The position numbers were made by a program, and so were the translations under genes. The notes beneath the pieces were generated by a model that saw only the letters and a list, made by a program, of their open reading frames with translations, did no database searches and was not told the DNA's origin. DNA of 63,647 bases, counting the filler, from Guillardia theta CCMP2712 (taxonomy: Eukaryota; Protista; Cryptophyta), in assembly GCF_000315625.1 (NCBI RefSeq). It is 5 parts of 5 records of this genome, joined end to end, with 100 filler letters (N's around TTAATTAATTAA, not from the genome) between each part and the next. Parts side by side here need not be neighbours in the genome. Positions count along the whole stretch, not along the records: positions 1 to 28,225 come from NW_005434610.1; 4 more parts are not named here. One strand, written 5' to 3'. Below, in pieces: positions 10,030-23,731 of the stretch (positions within the stretch are counted from its first letter, which is position 1; each line of letters opens with the position of its first letter).

Positions 10030-10838
10030 ATGCGGTGTGTGATTCAGCGAGTGACGTCGGCATCGGTCAAGGTAGACGGCGAGACAGTGTCAAGGTAAGT
10101 AAGGTCTGGTATCAAACACTTTCAACTGACCTGATGTATCAGCATTCACAGAGGTCTGTGTGTCTTGGTGGGACTCTCGACTGAGGACAAGCGCGAAAGT
10201 CTTGAATGGATGTCAAAGAAATTGTTATCTGGTCAATCTGAAGCAGATTTTGCTAAATGCAATGTTCACATGTGGTTGACAGTGAGGTTTTTCGAAGGAG
10301 AAGATGGAAAAATGTGGAAGAGAAATGTGCAAGAGGTGAGAATGTTGAGACGAGCGCTATTGGTTTCTGAATCGATTGATGCATTGTTGCAGATTCAAGG
10401 GGAAATCTTACTCGTCAGTCAATTTACTCTACATTTCAGGCTTGTTTTCATGCGATCCTCTGACAGACATTGTACTGACAGCCTGCAAGGCTCAAAGGTT
10501 CGAACTTGGATTTTTCAAAGAGCATGTCGACAGAAGCTGCTCGAGAGATGTATCAGGTAAGAGCGTTCGGGAGGGAGTGCAACGTTTGAGACATGCGTAG
10601 GAGTTTGTTGATCAAGTGAAGAGGGATATTGGAGACCCAAACTTGGTATTGTAAACCTGGGTCTACCATTGCTAACCAGGTACCAAGGTAAAAGATGGAA
10701 AATTTGGAGCTAAAATGGAAGTTGAAATCTGCAATGATGGGCCTGTATGTGCATGTTTCATTTCACATTCCACTCACAGAGCTGCAGGTCACAATGCAGA
10801 TTGAACATCCTGAGCCAAGCACTCAAAAGAAGAGCTGA
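10030..10838 (+). CDS. DTD1: D-aminoacyl-tRNA deacylase, multi-exon
   Basis: MRCVIQRVTSASVKVDGE, GLCVLVG, LLVSQFTL, GKFGAKMEVEICNDGP(VT) signature motifs. Confidence 0.93.
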
Positions 10839-11340
10839 GTGAAGCCATCTGCTAAGAAAGAAGGCAGAAATCTCATGTTCAACAATCTCAAATGCATCCT
10901 CGGTTAGTGTAACATGCTTGGTAGAAATGTTGATTGAAAACAGCTTCAAGTAGCCTTCATTCGTGACCGGCTTGGCTTCCGTTACCTATGGCAAGTAAGA
11001 TTCAACCAACACGGATGGTGTGCAACAACCATGAACAAACGGAATGTTTGATCCGATTGTTGCCAATCCTCCCATCAAGCCATCCATCTGCAATGAGTAT
11101 GAAGGAGGAAAACATCTTTGATTGCATCACCATTTTGTTGGCCGCGTCTTTGGACTGGTTCACCAACTTCGATGGGTTTGAAAAATCAGGAACCTGACAG
11201 GAAGTCACATGGCAAGATTTCAGTTACGTGCTCAACGAACCTGAACTGGAGAGAGAGTCTTGTCGGTGAAGTTCTGCGCAAATGCGCCAAGAGACCACAT
11301 CTACCATCTGGGTCAAGGGACTTGTGAGGAGACAAGTCAA

Positions 11341-14176
11341 TTACCCGATCCGGAGCTGCTCCTCGATGCGTGAGGTGACCACCTCGCTGGGAGAGATTAT
11401 TGAGGTTGTCAGCACCTTTTGCCTCCTGCGATGCAGGGGTTTGCATTGCCCTCCTCGTCGCTGCCTGCTTCTCGATGAAAGAATCTGTGTTCCAAAGCTC
11501 AGCAGCGCTCGAAACATGTCCAAGTCATCACCTGAAACTTTGGCATTCGACTCATTCTTGGCCCGCAGGACCGTTGATTGATCCATCTCTTGAGCTCTAC
11601 GTCCTTTGGCAATATAGTGCCCATCTTCCATGTGATTGGCATTCAGCTCAGATATTTCAGTCTTCTTCGCATCCTCCTTTTCCCTCTTCTTTTCTCCATT
11701 CACAGCATTTCGAGGAGATCCTTTCTTGAACCTAGTGCGAGCACTTCGGATGGCGTGCAAGTCCATCTCAACAGCATCAAAGCGAGCATGCATCTTATGC
11801 ATGTCAGCGATCAGCCGCTTCAAAAGTTGATCCACTTGCGGGTCGTACTCCATGCTCGCATCAACTTTTCCATCTCGCGTAGAAGCAATTGAGTTCTCAT
11901 CATCCATTGGCCCGACGGGAACCTTTTCCAACCTCGCATGTTCCTCATCCTCCAGAAGCATTCCCTTAATGCCCAGGAATAAGCTTCTGATATTGTTTCT
12001 GTTCCAGTCTTCGTTCTCATCTTCCATGCAGGCGTTCAGCTGTCTCAGCTGGTGCCGTTTGAGCGCTTGCTTCATCAAAAGCATGAAGCCTTGGCGATTG
12101 AGGATACCGCCTTCATCGCAAAGACGTGGCCGCATGATGTAGTCGTCCCAAATCTGACGCGTCACTAGAATAGGAGGAATAAAGCCGATGTTCTTTAGCC
12201 CCATCCTAAATTCTGCAAATCCCATGCACCCATCCCCCACATTTGGAATTTCTCCTGTCTTCCAACGATTGAAATAGACCCTCAAGATTTCACTGTCTTC
12301 ACGGGCAACTTCTTGTGTGAACAGATCGTACTTCTTTTTGATGGTGGTGTAAAGAATCTTGTCATAAAGATTGTTGATTTTGGTCTCCAGATCATCCAAA
12401 TTCCTGAGGAAAACATAAAACATAAGGCTAAAACTACTCACCAACGTCAGAAACTTACTTGTACTTTGAAAGTTCTCTTGAGATCTTCTCGAAGGGGCAA
12501 GCTTCTATCTCCTCTGAAGCCAGACTCTTAGAGATTTCTGCTTCAGAGTTGCGTTGGTCGGCAGCCTTCGAGAACTCATCGAGTAGGACAGCAATCACCA
12601 CGTTCAGGAGTACCAGAGCAACTATTAAATGAAAGCTAACAAAGAAGATGGCAACCCCCGTATTCTGACCAGTCAGTGTGAAAAGACCTCTGGCTATGTC
12701 AGACCAATTGTCGCCTGTCATCACTTGGAACATGGTGAACATGCCAGTAAAAAAGTCTCCAAACTCTTCGGGTGCGTAGGAGCTGAAGAAGGTCACAGAC
12801 ATGATAGCATAGATTGCTGTCACCAAACACACCAGCGCAAATGCATTGATCATGGGAGGAATTGATGCAGTCAGCGCTATCATGATCTGGCGGAGTGAAG
12901 GAATCCTTTTGAACAACCGAAATACTCGAAAACATCGCATAAGCCGAAGAATATTAGCTCCCGGAAGATTAGTAAGGACCAAACTCAGCAACGACACGAG
13001 CACGACTCCGAAGTCGAACCAATTCCATCCATCGGAAACAAATTCTACAAACCACGTGGCAAATATATTGATGACAAGCTCCACCGTGAAAAATATGGTG
13101 AAAAGAAGATCGATCTGATCGAAAACATTAGCTAACTGAGTGTCTGGTGCAGCATTGAAGTGCGCTTCAAAAATGTTCAACAGAAAGTTACACATGATGA
13201 TCCCCGCAACAAAGACTTGACAGCGATCTCCCACATAGAACCAGCGGACCTTGCGCCTGAATGTATCAAGACGATTCATGTGGACAACAGGATATCCAAC
13301 GTAAGAAGTCATAACTCTTGTAATCGTCTCGGACCATCGCTCCATGGTGTCCCTGCAGTCCGTTCGGAACAGGTAGATCCTTCCACCATGATACGTGCCA
13401 AAAGCGGTACAAATGCCAAAATCAGCTGCTCCAAGCTCAACTTGCTTTGCTAGATCTATCTCATGCTCAAAAGCTCCTTCTTCTCTCCATGTCACAACAT
13501 TGGAACTTTCTAAACCAATGGAACTCTGGGTGGTGAATCAGAATCATAACAACCAACAAATTCAAAATAGTTACTTCAGCTCTAGTTTTGCAGACAACCA
13601 AGCCGATGATGTCGGTGAAGTTGATCCTGTCGATTTCACGAGTGTCTTTCGAGACTGAGTAACTAACAAACTCTCGTGTCACTGCGACCCATCTTGACTT
13701 ATACTCATCTCCCTCATGGCCACCACGTTTCCAGATCTGCCAAGATGCAGTGTCACAAAAGAATGAACGACTAACCCTAAAGAGGCACTCGCCTGCCCTT
13801 GAATCAACGAGGAAGATGTCGAGTCCGTCACCCACTCTTCCGGCTGTTCTGGCATTTTCACTTTCCACGCAGTCACAACATTCTGTATTGAATGTAATGC
13901 CTGTCGTGCGATCTTAGATGTGAGGGTTGTATCTTCTGGGATATTGCTGGGAAGTGCAGGCTCTTTCACTGAAGATACTTTCTTCAAAGGAAAAACGGTT
14001 GCTGAGTCAGCATCGACTCGTGATGCTCTTCGAGCATCATTGTAGCCATCTACATCGCCGTCGCTCTTGTTGTCATTCTCGGGTGTGATTTCGCAACTGA
14101 TACTACGTGGCGATGGCTGCTGAGCGATCTCGGGAGCACTGTCTCTTCTCATCTGGAATAGTTTGAGAAAATCCAT
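11341..14176 (-). CDS. Single-domain (6TM) voltage-gated cation channel (EukCat/BacNav-like) with N-terminal PH-like domain and C-terminal EF-hand-like pair
   Basis: S4 LRLMRCFRVFRLFKRI; WNWFDF; pore TMFQVMTGDNWSDIAR; S6 LLNVVIAVLLDEF; PH-like WKRGG..KSRWVAVT..YLFRTD...ERWSETI. Confidence 0.88.
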
Positions 14177-15878
14177 TTTACGGGGAAATTAGAACTCAGC
14201 AGAGAACGACGACTGATTTGATCTCAAGACGCTTTTGTTTGCCGCACACCACTCAGCTGATTTGTAACTCAGCTGTGCAACATGAATCTAGTCTCAGCTG
14301 TACAACATGAATCTAGTCGGAAACTGCCATGTTGTAGGGAATATCCGGACCACTTAAAAGCTCTCACAACTTCTGAAAAAAGATTTCAGTGTTGAGTAAC
14401 ATCGAATAGATTGATTTCATCATGTAACAAGAAAGGAAAGCGACGAGTGCAAGGATGGGTGGTTGAGTGAATGGATTAAATATCGCATTTAGAAGATGAA
14501 GTGAGGAAGCATAGTGACATGCGATCGCAGCATGATCACCCAGGTGAGCACAAACGACAGACAATCTTTGAAGAAAGAGAAAACGCGCAAGGGAGGAGGA
14601 TGACGCGAGCAAGCGAGCACGCTCTCTCCTCATGAGCAAGCGACCGCGCCATTCTTGCTTCCCTATTTTTACCACAAGGACACCAGGGGTCAAAAGCCAA
14701 GACGATTGAAGGGTGGTGCAGAAGGAGAGACCGTTCTATTATGCAGTGGCCCGCCGCCGCCCGGCGCGGCCCGGCCCGGGCCGGGCCGGGCCCCACAGGC
14801 TGCCCTGAGGGCGGCCACCGCGGGGCTGAGGCTGCCAGGACCGTCGGACTCGCTGACCGTACTGACTCTGACCACCGCCCGGCGTGAAACAGATCCGGTC
14901 GGATCTTACATGACCGATCAACGCCATCATGCAATCCGACCGCGGGGCGGGTGTGCATTCCGGCCCGGCGCCCGGCGTCTTATTCCCGGCGGCCCTTCAA
15001 CTCAACGGCCGGGCGGCGGACTAGGGCCCGGGTGGCAGCGACCCGGCCCCCGCGGCGTGATGCATAATCCGATCATTGGTCACCTGCCACTCGGAGTGGC
15101 CGGGTCCGATCAACTTGCCGCTCCGAGGCTCCGAGGCTCGCCTCTCCCGGAGTCCTGATTGTCCTCGTACGGTAATACTGATCTTTTCTTGGAGTTAACT
15201 TTTTTTTAACGTCAGTTAACTTGAAGCCGCCTGATCATGGTTCCCTACCCGGTGACCGCGGCGCGAATGATTTGAAGACCGTACGGTCGCGGCCGCCGGG
15301 CGCCCGGCCGCACCCGGCCGCGCCCAGGTACAAATGAACTTCCGGGAAAGTTGACTTCGTGACGGCGTGAAGGGTTGACAATCCCAAAGGAAAAAAAACG
15401 CGCCGGCCCGCGGCAATGGCGACACCCCAGAGAAACTTGTGACAGAGTGCGACTCGGAGGTGTCGCTTGAGCCCCTCCCTTCCACCGGACAGTAGAGGAG
15501 AGAGGCAGGGGTCACCTCTGTAACGCCGGGGAAACATGCCCGTCGGGGGTTCTCGGCCGCCTTGTTTCCAGGCGCAACCTTGTTTACCACAGCCTCGAGT
15601 ACCCCTCCTGGTTCCCTTGCGCCTGGAAAAGCATGACCCCCTGTGACCCCCTGAGTTTGTGTGGTATGTGCGGGGTAGGGTTGCTGGAAGTTGCACGGGT
15701 CCGCAGCAGATCGAAATCGCATCTTCTCCCGCGCTTTTCCTCCTGCTGACCAACCTCCGCCAGCGCTGACCACAACAATACTGGTTTCAATCCCTTCGGC
15801 ATCAACTTTACTGTCGCCTCCCTCTCATCCTACCACTCGCTCCCCTTCTTTGCCTCTCACCACATACGCACACAACAT

Positions 15879-16501
15879 CATGATGCTCTCGGCATTTGCT
15901 CGCACCATCTCTCACCCCCTCCGATGCTCCATGCGAAGCTGTAGGGTAATTCTGCCTGATGGAATCTCATGCAACCAGAGTAAAGCCTATTGCAGGTCTG
16001 TGCTCAACACTACAAGATCAACGTGTTACTCCCCTTCGCCAATTCATCTGCAGCGAGCGAGACATTGGCCAAGCAAGAGGCGGCTCCGACAAGCTACGGA
16101 AAGAAGCCATTGCAGTGCACAGAGGAATGTGTTGGATGGGAAGACTTATTTCCAAAGGTAAGCTCAGTAGGGCTGATTGATTTCTTTTCGAGGAGCACTG
16201 CTGAATTCGATTCACAACAGGATATGTGCGAATACCAAGCTTCCTCTACCTGCCTGGGAATTAATTTCATAGCTCGTAAGTGAGCTCACGTGTAGGACGC
16301 TTCCAACCTGCAAGTGTCTTTGTACATAGATTCGTGACCTGCATTAATTGCTGCGCGAATGTGACGATTCTTGATGATAAAGATTGCCACAAAATAACTT
16401 TCAAAGTTCCTTGTTGGCGTTCAGAATCGGCAAGGTGTAGAATGAGAATCAACAGTGACTGGTACAGTAAGCATAGACTAAAGGTGCTAGGGAACAACTA
16501 G
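15879..16501 (+). CDS. Small hypothetical multi-exon Cys-rich protein
   Basis: Short ORF pieces separated by plausible GT-AG introns (e.g. gtaagc at 16158); no family recognised. Confidence 0.35.
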
Positions 16502-17374
16502 CATGATACCATACGATCATCGGCGACAAACATACGTGAGGAGACGAAAAAATCTAGTATAAAATGACCCATGTTTCTATCACATCCTCCTGAGCCCGGC
16601 TGAGGCAGTTGAGGTTACTGGATTCACGACTCGTCCAGAACAGAAATGTCGGCCAGAGAGAACAACCCTCATCCTTCCGACTGCTGCCCCCCTGACCGTA
16701 CCGTACAGCACAGTTGACTTAATGCACCGTCACTGTGTTGAGGCTGCTGATCCGATGATCATCGGATCGGACTGGGGGACCGTGTGGCGGGCGCGGCCAG
16801 TGGCAAGATAGGAAGATGATGCCGCAGGGTCCGATCAGTAACCGGCTAGCTCCGATCAGTAGCCTCAACACACTGCTGCCCCCCGGGCCAAAAGTCCTGC
16901 CAGGACTCGCCGAGTCGGGAAGATCGGACTCAGGCTCCGCCGTCCGATCTGTCATCGTACTCGAGACTCTGTCTCGAGCGTCGACTCACTGAGACTCCGT
17001 CGGCGAGACTCTGTCAGTGTTACCGTACTGGGCCAGTTAACTTTGAGTAAAGTTGCGGCCAGTCCGATCGGAGTAAAGTAGGATTTTAATAAGTGATTTT
17101 TTAAGTAGGATTTTTAAGTGATGCAGTGGGATCGACCGGGCGGCCGGGCGGGCCTGGACAAAAATCCTTGGATTTGTATGCGTCCGCGGAATGGCGAAGA
17201 GGGTCGGCGAAAGTGAGGTAAAGGAAGAAGGGAGCCATTGAGGGAGGAAGAGATGTGAGCAAGGGTTTGGCTGCTCTTACGGAAGCAGGGGAGAAAGGCC
17301 GGGTTGAGGGTGTGGTGAGGGCGGGGAAGGACTGAATGAGAGAGAGCAGCAAATTGATCTCTGGCTGTTTGTCA

Positions 17375-18755
17375 GGAGGAGCTCAGGCTGGAAGGAAGGT
17401 GTGGAGATGGAGTATGGGAAGACATCGAGGTATTATCGTGCACCGATGATGGATCATTTCAAGTCCGACAATCCTCTAGCCTGGAAGAAATTAGCATGGT
17501 AAGGGCCAGGCCAGCCGATTAAAGCTGAACCGTACTCAGGGTGCTGAGGAGATAAGGATGGTTGGCAATGGTCTATGCAGAGACTATATGCCGCAGAAAG
17601 ACGATATGCTTCTTTGCAATGACATGAGATCTTTGAGAATGGACGAGGCTTTACACCCGTGTACGTCGTGTGCATTTACAGTTCTCATGAGCGATTGACT
17701 GTTCACACAGCCTGCTGGAGTGAAGTTCGGGTTGTGGAGGTAGTCGACGATGATGAAGACAAGCAGGGTCCGAAACTGATCGTTGCGCTAAGTCAAAGAA
17801 ATGCAGACATCAATTCTGCGAGTCCAGATCCCCCAGTTTCCTCCAAGCTTCCCCTCTCATGCTTTAGAAAACTCGGTTCCGCCATCCCAGTCGAAGAGTT
17901 GAAAGGACTTTGCAGAAAGAGGAGCAGATGCAAAGAAAGTCAGGAAGGCTCGGAAGCTGACAATTCCAACCCGCGTAAGGGTACCAAGGCTACCACATTA
18001 TCCTGCGAGAAGAAGGATGAAGGCTGGATGCTTGAAGATGTCGGGCTCAGGCCGGTCTTCTCTACTCTAACCTGTACAATACTGCGATGTTGAAGTTTCT
18101 TACGTAGTTGCACCTCCGCTCTTGCTCCGAATCCCCGCCTTCCATAGAGGTAGACTGTTCCTTACCAATCCGGCAGAAACATCTGAATGTGAGTGTCTGG
18201 CAGTTGTTAAAGGGAATGAACGTCTACGTGCGCAATGAGAACGGTACCTGCAGAACTGGCACTCTCAAATTCAACCCAATCACCACACGGTGAGATTCTC
18301 TATGACCACATCTGTCGCACGATGACACTACGTGCAGTTGGATCATAGTAGAAGGCGACAACAGATTTAACCTCGCCACTTTTTGTGAGGAAGCCGGCGG
18401 CGCTTCTGTAAAGCTTCCAAGAGAACGTCTGCTCTGTGCAGAGACGCATGAACCGATCATCCCCAAGGTGCGGGCAATCATGATTTGACGTCGTTTGATG
18501 AACCTCAGGTCGAAGGGTTCGCATTGCCGACAAGGCGATGGTTTCTCCATAACTTCCCGAACTATGTATTGACCCTTCTTGTCTCCTTCTTGCTTTCTTT
18601 CTTCTTCTCGTTTCCTCTTGTCGTTTTGGTGATTGTTTGCGCAGCGAGAAATGGGAGGAGATATCTCGCAGCCCGGAAACAAACGTATGGTAGGAAGGTA
18701 ACCTGAGGTGATTTGAAGCTTTATGAGCTTGTTGAGCTTCGACGCGGTAGGAATC
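17375..18755 (+). CDS. Hypothetical multi-exon protein, apparently ending at the junction with the dynein fragment
   Basis: Chain of short ORFs with ~50-bp GT-AG introns; no family recognised. Confidence 0.4.
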
Positions 18756-21296
18756 ATCCGCCACTACCTCCTCCAACACCGGGTATCGAACAACTTGCTG
18801 CCCGAATATGGTCTGAAAGGACTGATTCTGCTTTGCCGTCTTTTCAATCGCATTCGCTTGCTCCTTGAGTTCTTCGCAGACGTGAAGTACAGGATCAATG
18901 AATTCTACATCCTCAAGAAGCTGAGGGTCCTGCGATATCTGTCGCAGCTTCTCGATTTCATGGTGAAATAATTTGATGTCTTCTTCAAGCTGAGTACTCC
19001 ACCTGGCCATCTCATCGTCTTGAGTGCTCTCGAAGATATCCAACATATTCTTCATTTGATTGTATTCTGGCACCAGCATCTGGAACGCAGCCCTGTCCAT
19101 GCTATTCACCTCCACCGAGTTTTCATCCATCAAGCTGTAGTGATCCTGAAGCTCTTTAAACTCGGCGTCGATCTCATCCTTTCGTTCGTTGCATTGCGAA
19201 ACAAAATCTAACACAGATACGAAACTGGCCACATTGGTTGGTTTCCTTGAAAGATTGTTGTTGGCTATGTTGACTTCGTCCAGCAGCCTTCTTTGCTTTG
19301 CAACTGTCAGTTGTGGAAGTATGTCTTCCAATTTTTCGAGACACGAGGCGGGCGAAGGAGAAAGAAGGGTTTTCAACTTTTTGGAATTGACTTGCATAAT
19401 TCCACAATCCATTTCATCTGGCAAATTGCGAATATTATCAGCTTGGCTGTGGTACAAATCAAATTTCTCCTTAAAGTTTTGAAGAACAAATTCACCCTCT
19501 TCTGCTTTTTGTCTCAATTCTTCTTCGTCGAGTTGCTCATTTTCGACTACCATTGTCTGATATGGTTCAAAAATACTCACGTAATCATTACAGGCATCAA
19601 ATGCATTTGCAACTGCCACTTTGATGCGAGCAAGTAATTTTCTATATTCTTCATCATTGGTTACAATCTCAGAAACCGTGGAGCTTTCACTGGTCTCTGT
19701 TTCTGAGTCGAAAAGCTCTGTATATTGTTCCAGATCCTCATTATTCAAAAGCCTCACACTATTGGATCCGGAAACAGTGTCAACGAATCCCCCCACGATG
19801 CTATCTAGTTCATTTTCAAAATCCGCAGCTCCTGGGACGAAAGTAAGGTCTCCGAGAATCAATGATATCTCTGTCAAGAAAACAGCTTTGCGCTTTTTCT
19901 GACTATCTTCTAATTGGTCTTTGACATTCGGCTCAATCTGGGCAAGCAGTTCTGAGGTAGATTCGACCACCATAGTGTGCAAAGTGTTGAAAATCACGTA
20001 GTCACAAAGCCTAAGAAAATAATAGAGTCTCCTCTGGACGACTCGTTTCGATGCCATCACAGTATAACGGAAATTTTCCGCACGGGGAGAAATCTTATCG
20101 CCTTTCTCTTGCTCATTTTGTTGTTGACCTTGAGTTTTGACTGAATTAGCACCAAACAATCCTTCTTCTAGAGAGTCAAGCGTCGCAATGCACGAACTCT
20201 TCGCAACATCGATGGCTTGCAACCAAAACTCTTCGAGATGATTCAATACAACATTTCTTTGTGCTTGTTGTGCTTCAAAAAAGTGAACAATAGTGTACAA
20301 AGTGTCTTTTTGAAAACTGTATAACTTCACCTTCTGCAAATCCATGCACATGTCGCGAATCCTGAGCAGAGCTTCTCTGAAGGTTGGATTCAAAAAGAAC
20401 AAATTCTTCGTCAACGCTTTGGCGCTGCTTCTCATTTTCCCATATCGGACTGAGTCTCTCCACACCTTGTAAGATTTCCAGATCCGATATCTTTTGAATA
20501 CGGGGATTTTAAGGATAGCATTGAATAGGAAATGCTCTCGTTTCCACTGTTCCAACTCAGTAAACTCAGGCTTGCCGTTAACAAAATGAGTGACACCAAA
20601 GGAACTCAGAGTAAAGAAGTCGCTTTTAGGAATCTGATTATGAGGTACTATTTCAAGATGATAAGGGTTCAACGGAGTTATCTCATCGATTTGGAATGAC
20701 TTCAGATACACAAACTCCGTACTGTCAGGATTTTGCCGTAAGCGTTGTAAAACGACTAATGGATTTTTGTTGTCAGGCAGGCAATACAAAACAGACTGTT
20801 CGTTGGCCTTCTCTTCATCTCCCATCTGTTCATGGTCTTCGTTTTTGTTCTCCAGTTCGATTTCTTTACCATCGTCAACATGCCCATGAGCATGAAGATT
20901 TGTTTGGTCATGAGCATGAGCAGATAGGATTTTTGAAGTTTCATGTTTTGTATCTCCATTGAAAATAGACCCATCTTCACCTTGATGCTTTGGTTGATCA
21001 CTTTTCAATTCGTCAGGCAGCAAAGCTTGATGAATTTTCTTTGGCTTCAACTTTGCACTCTCTGGCTTACTCGAATGCACGCTTTTCGAAGGCTTTCTTT
21101 GAGGTGTCAAAACTTTCTTGCAATGTAAAACGTCTTTGATCGGATTGGCTGTGTGCTTTGTGCTCAGCAATAACCCTGACGAGATATTGATGCCCTCTAA
21201 CTTACTGAAATCAGCGTCCTCCACTTCTTGATCAAAATATCTGCGTTAATCGTAAGTTTTTCATGCAAATACTTTCACATTTCACCTGTTCTCCAT
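18755..21296 (-). pseudogene. Axonemal dynein heavy chain N-terminal tail only (DNAH6-like), no motor domain
   Basis: NPYHLEIV, FFTLSSFGVTHF, EFTELEQWKREHFLFNAILKIPVFKRYRIWKSYKVWR resemble the inner-arm DHC tail; similarity ends near 18755; likely start ATG 21296 with intron 21285-21241. Confidence 0.75.
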
Positions 21297-21651
21297 CTAA
21301 TGAATCTCTGTTGCTAGTGCCAACTGTTATGTGTTCTTTTCACTTCCAGAGCTTCCATGGTCCTGGTTCGATCCCTTTCGGTAAGTTCCGCGCCATGTCT
21401 GCCGTTGCCTCCAACTGGCCCTGTAGTAACAGATGCCTTTGCCACCACACCGGTACCTATCCCCAGATATTTGCCTTCGATTACGGGGTGAAGGAGGGTA
21501 GTAGAGCCCTACCCTCACAGCTTACCTGCAGCCTACCCTACCCTCATCAGACCCCCATGGTCGGTGCGGGGATGGGGTACAAATTTTCCAGGGGCAAAAA
21601 ATCCGGCAAAACATCTTTAATTTCCCCGCCCATCCGTTGGAGGCAACGGCA

Positions 21652-23060
21652 ATGCTAGAACGACTGGACGTGTATGCGGCGCTGGAGCTGAGCAGAGGAT
21701 GCTCGGAAGAGGATGTGAGGAGGACTTACAGGAAGCTTGCGCTTAAGACCCATCCGGATAAGGAGAAGGGGACTGAGAGTGAGTTCCTAGCTATTGGGTT
21801 TGCTTATCGGGTGCTCAGTGATCGCAAGTTGAGAGCACTTTATGACAGAAGGGATATGGATTTTTCAGCATCAAAGGCAGACCTGATAGAAAGCTTTGAC
21901 ATCAATGAAGCTCTGAGGATCTTCGACCAGTTCTTTGGAACCTCCAACCCTTTCGCTGCAGTCTCTGAAGGAGTTGAGTCGCTCTTTGATTCGGAAGCGG
22001 ATAAACGCAAACCCAAGCCCAGTCCGAATAAAGAAATCGACTTGTCCTGCACATTAGAAGAAATCTATAACTCAGCCTCAAAGAGCATTGATGTTCCAAA
22101 ACAGCGGATAAACTCCGAAGGGCAGGTTTTGTTCCTAACCCCTGATTCCTTTCAGCTCAAACTTCCTTCAGGTGGAGAATTACACCAGAACGTACAGAAT
22201 CCAAGCGGAGCCGAGCTGGATCTCAGGGACGAAGCTCAAGTACGACAAGGAACCCGATGACCTCACAGGGGACGTGATATTTACGGTCCAGGTAACCTAA
22301 ATCCTCTCCCTCTTTCGTCGATATGAACGCTGTTGATATAGATCGAGCCTCACCCGGTCTTTGAGATAGAGAGATTCTCTCTAAAGATGAAGCAGGAAGT
22401 GTCTCTGTGTGATTCATTAACAGGGTTTGTTATACCCATAAACATGCCGGATGGAAGAAAGCTCAATGGTTTGTTGTCTGCTCCTGGATCTGTGCAAGTC
22501 CTGAAATAGGGTTGCTCCAGTTTCTGTGGAAGAGGTCATCGATCCAAGCTATAGCAAGGTATCTCTCTTACAGACTAATCTGTTCATGTCAAGTTGGATT
22601 AAGTTGAATTCTCTTGCAGATCATTAAGGGCGAAGGTCTTCTAGACAAGGAGAGAAATACAAGAGGAGATCTTATCATCACCTTTCACATTAATTTCCCT
22701 AAAAAGCTCTTGTAAGTGACCTGGAGATCTCTTTGTTATATGTTGTAATCTGGCAGATGTCTTCAATGATATTTGATTTTAGATTATTCTCTCACTGATA
22801 TTGTTTTCCAACAGACCAATTCAAAGAAATCTTCTGCATTTAGCGCTACGGTAGTTGTCTGTCAACACTTTTTTCTTCATCGATGTTGATGGTTGAACAG
22901 TCTTCCTCAAGACCTCACGAACGCAAATAACATTCAGGTAAGCTGAGGATAGACAAATCTTGGGCTTCATTGAAAGTTACGTCAGACAAGACTCCTTGAA
23001 ACAGCAATGAGATTGCCTCCAAATTTGGCGGAGACAGAGAGACAGAAGGTGCGGTATGAT
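21652..23060 (+). CDS. Type II HSP40/DnaJ (DNAJB13/RSP16-like), multi-exon; 3' end approximate
   Basis: J domain with HPD (YRKLALKTHPDK); C-terminal domain LSCTLEEIY, GDVIF, VSLCDSLTG, IKGEGL, RGDLIITFHINFP. Confidence 0.88.
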
Positions 23061-23389
23061 TGTGAATGTCTGCGCGCGCGCTGCTGTCATAGCTGGCGGA
23101 AGGTGGTAAGGGAGGGATGACGCTGCGATGGCTAGGTTGAAGCTGTAAATAATCTCCTCGTCAAGCGCGACGATCAGCCTCCGCCTGAGTGACAGGCGCA
23201 GTCTACTACTTAGTGCTGGTCTAGTGCTGGTCAATCGATGGCTTCCGCCCTCCTCCCTCCGAACTGATTTACTAAGTGAACTCAAAGCTTAAATCGCATA
23301 GTCCCCTAGTCGCCTCCCTGGGCCCTCGATACCACGACTTTGTCCTCGTCCGCAAGACTTAGTCCCAAACCCCGTCAACGTCCAGGTGG

Positions 23390-23677
23390 AGGGAGAGGAG
23401 CGAGACAAAGAGAGAGAAGAAGAGCGGGGGAAGGGAGAGAGAGAAGAAGAGAGAGAAGAAGAGCGGGGGGAGGGAGGGAGGGAGGGAGGGAAGGGGGAGA
23501 GAGAGAGCGAGAGAGTGAGAAGGGGGATAGGGAAGGGAGAGAGGGGGGAATGCAAGGGAGAGAGAGAGGGAAGGAGAGAGGGAAGTAAGGGAGAGGGAGA
23601 GAGGGAGAGAGGGAGAGAGGCAGGGGAGAGAGAGAGGAAGAGTGGGAAGGAGGAGAGGGAGAGGGGAGAGCAGGAGT
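23390..23677. repeat. GA-rich low-complexity tract
   Basis: Nearly pure purine run. Confidence 0.9.
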
Positions 23678-23731
23678 GATGGGGATATTTGTCATGAGTT
23701 GATTCTGGATGCCTTTTTGTCAGTCGACAGC

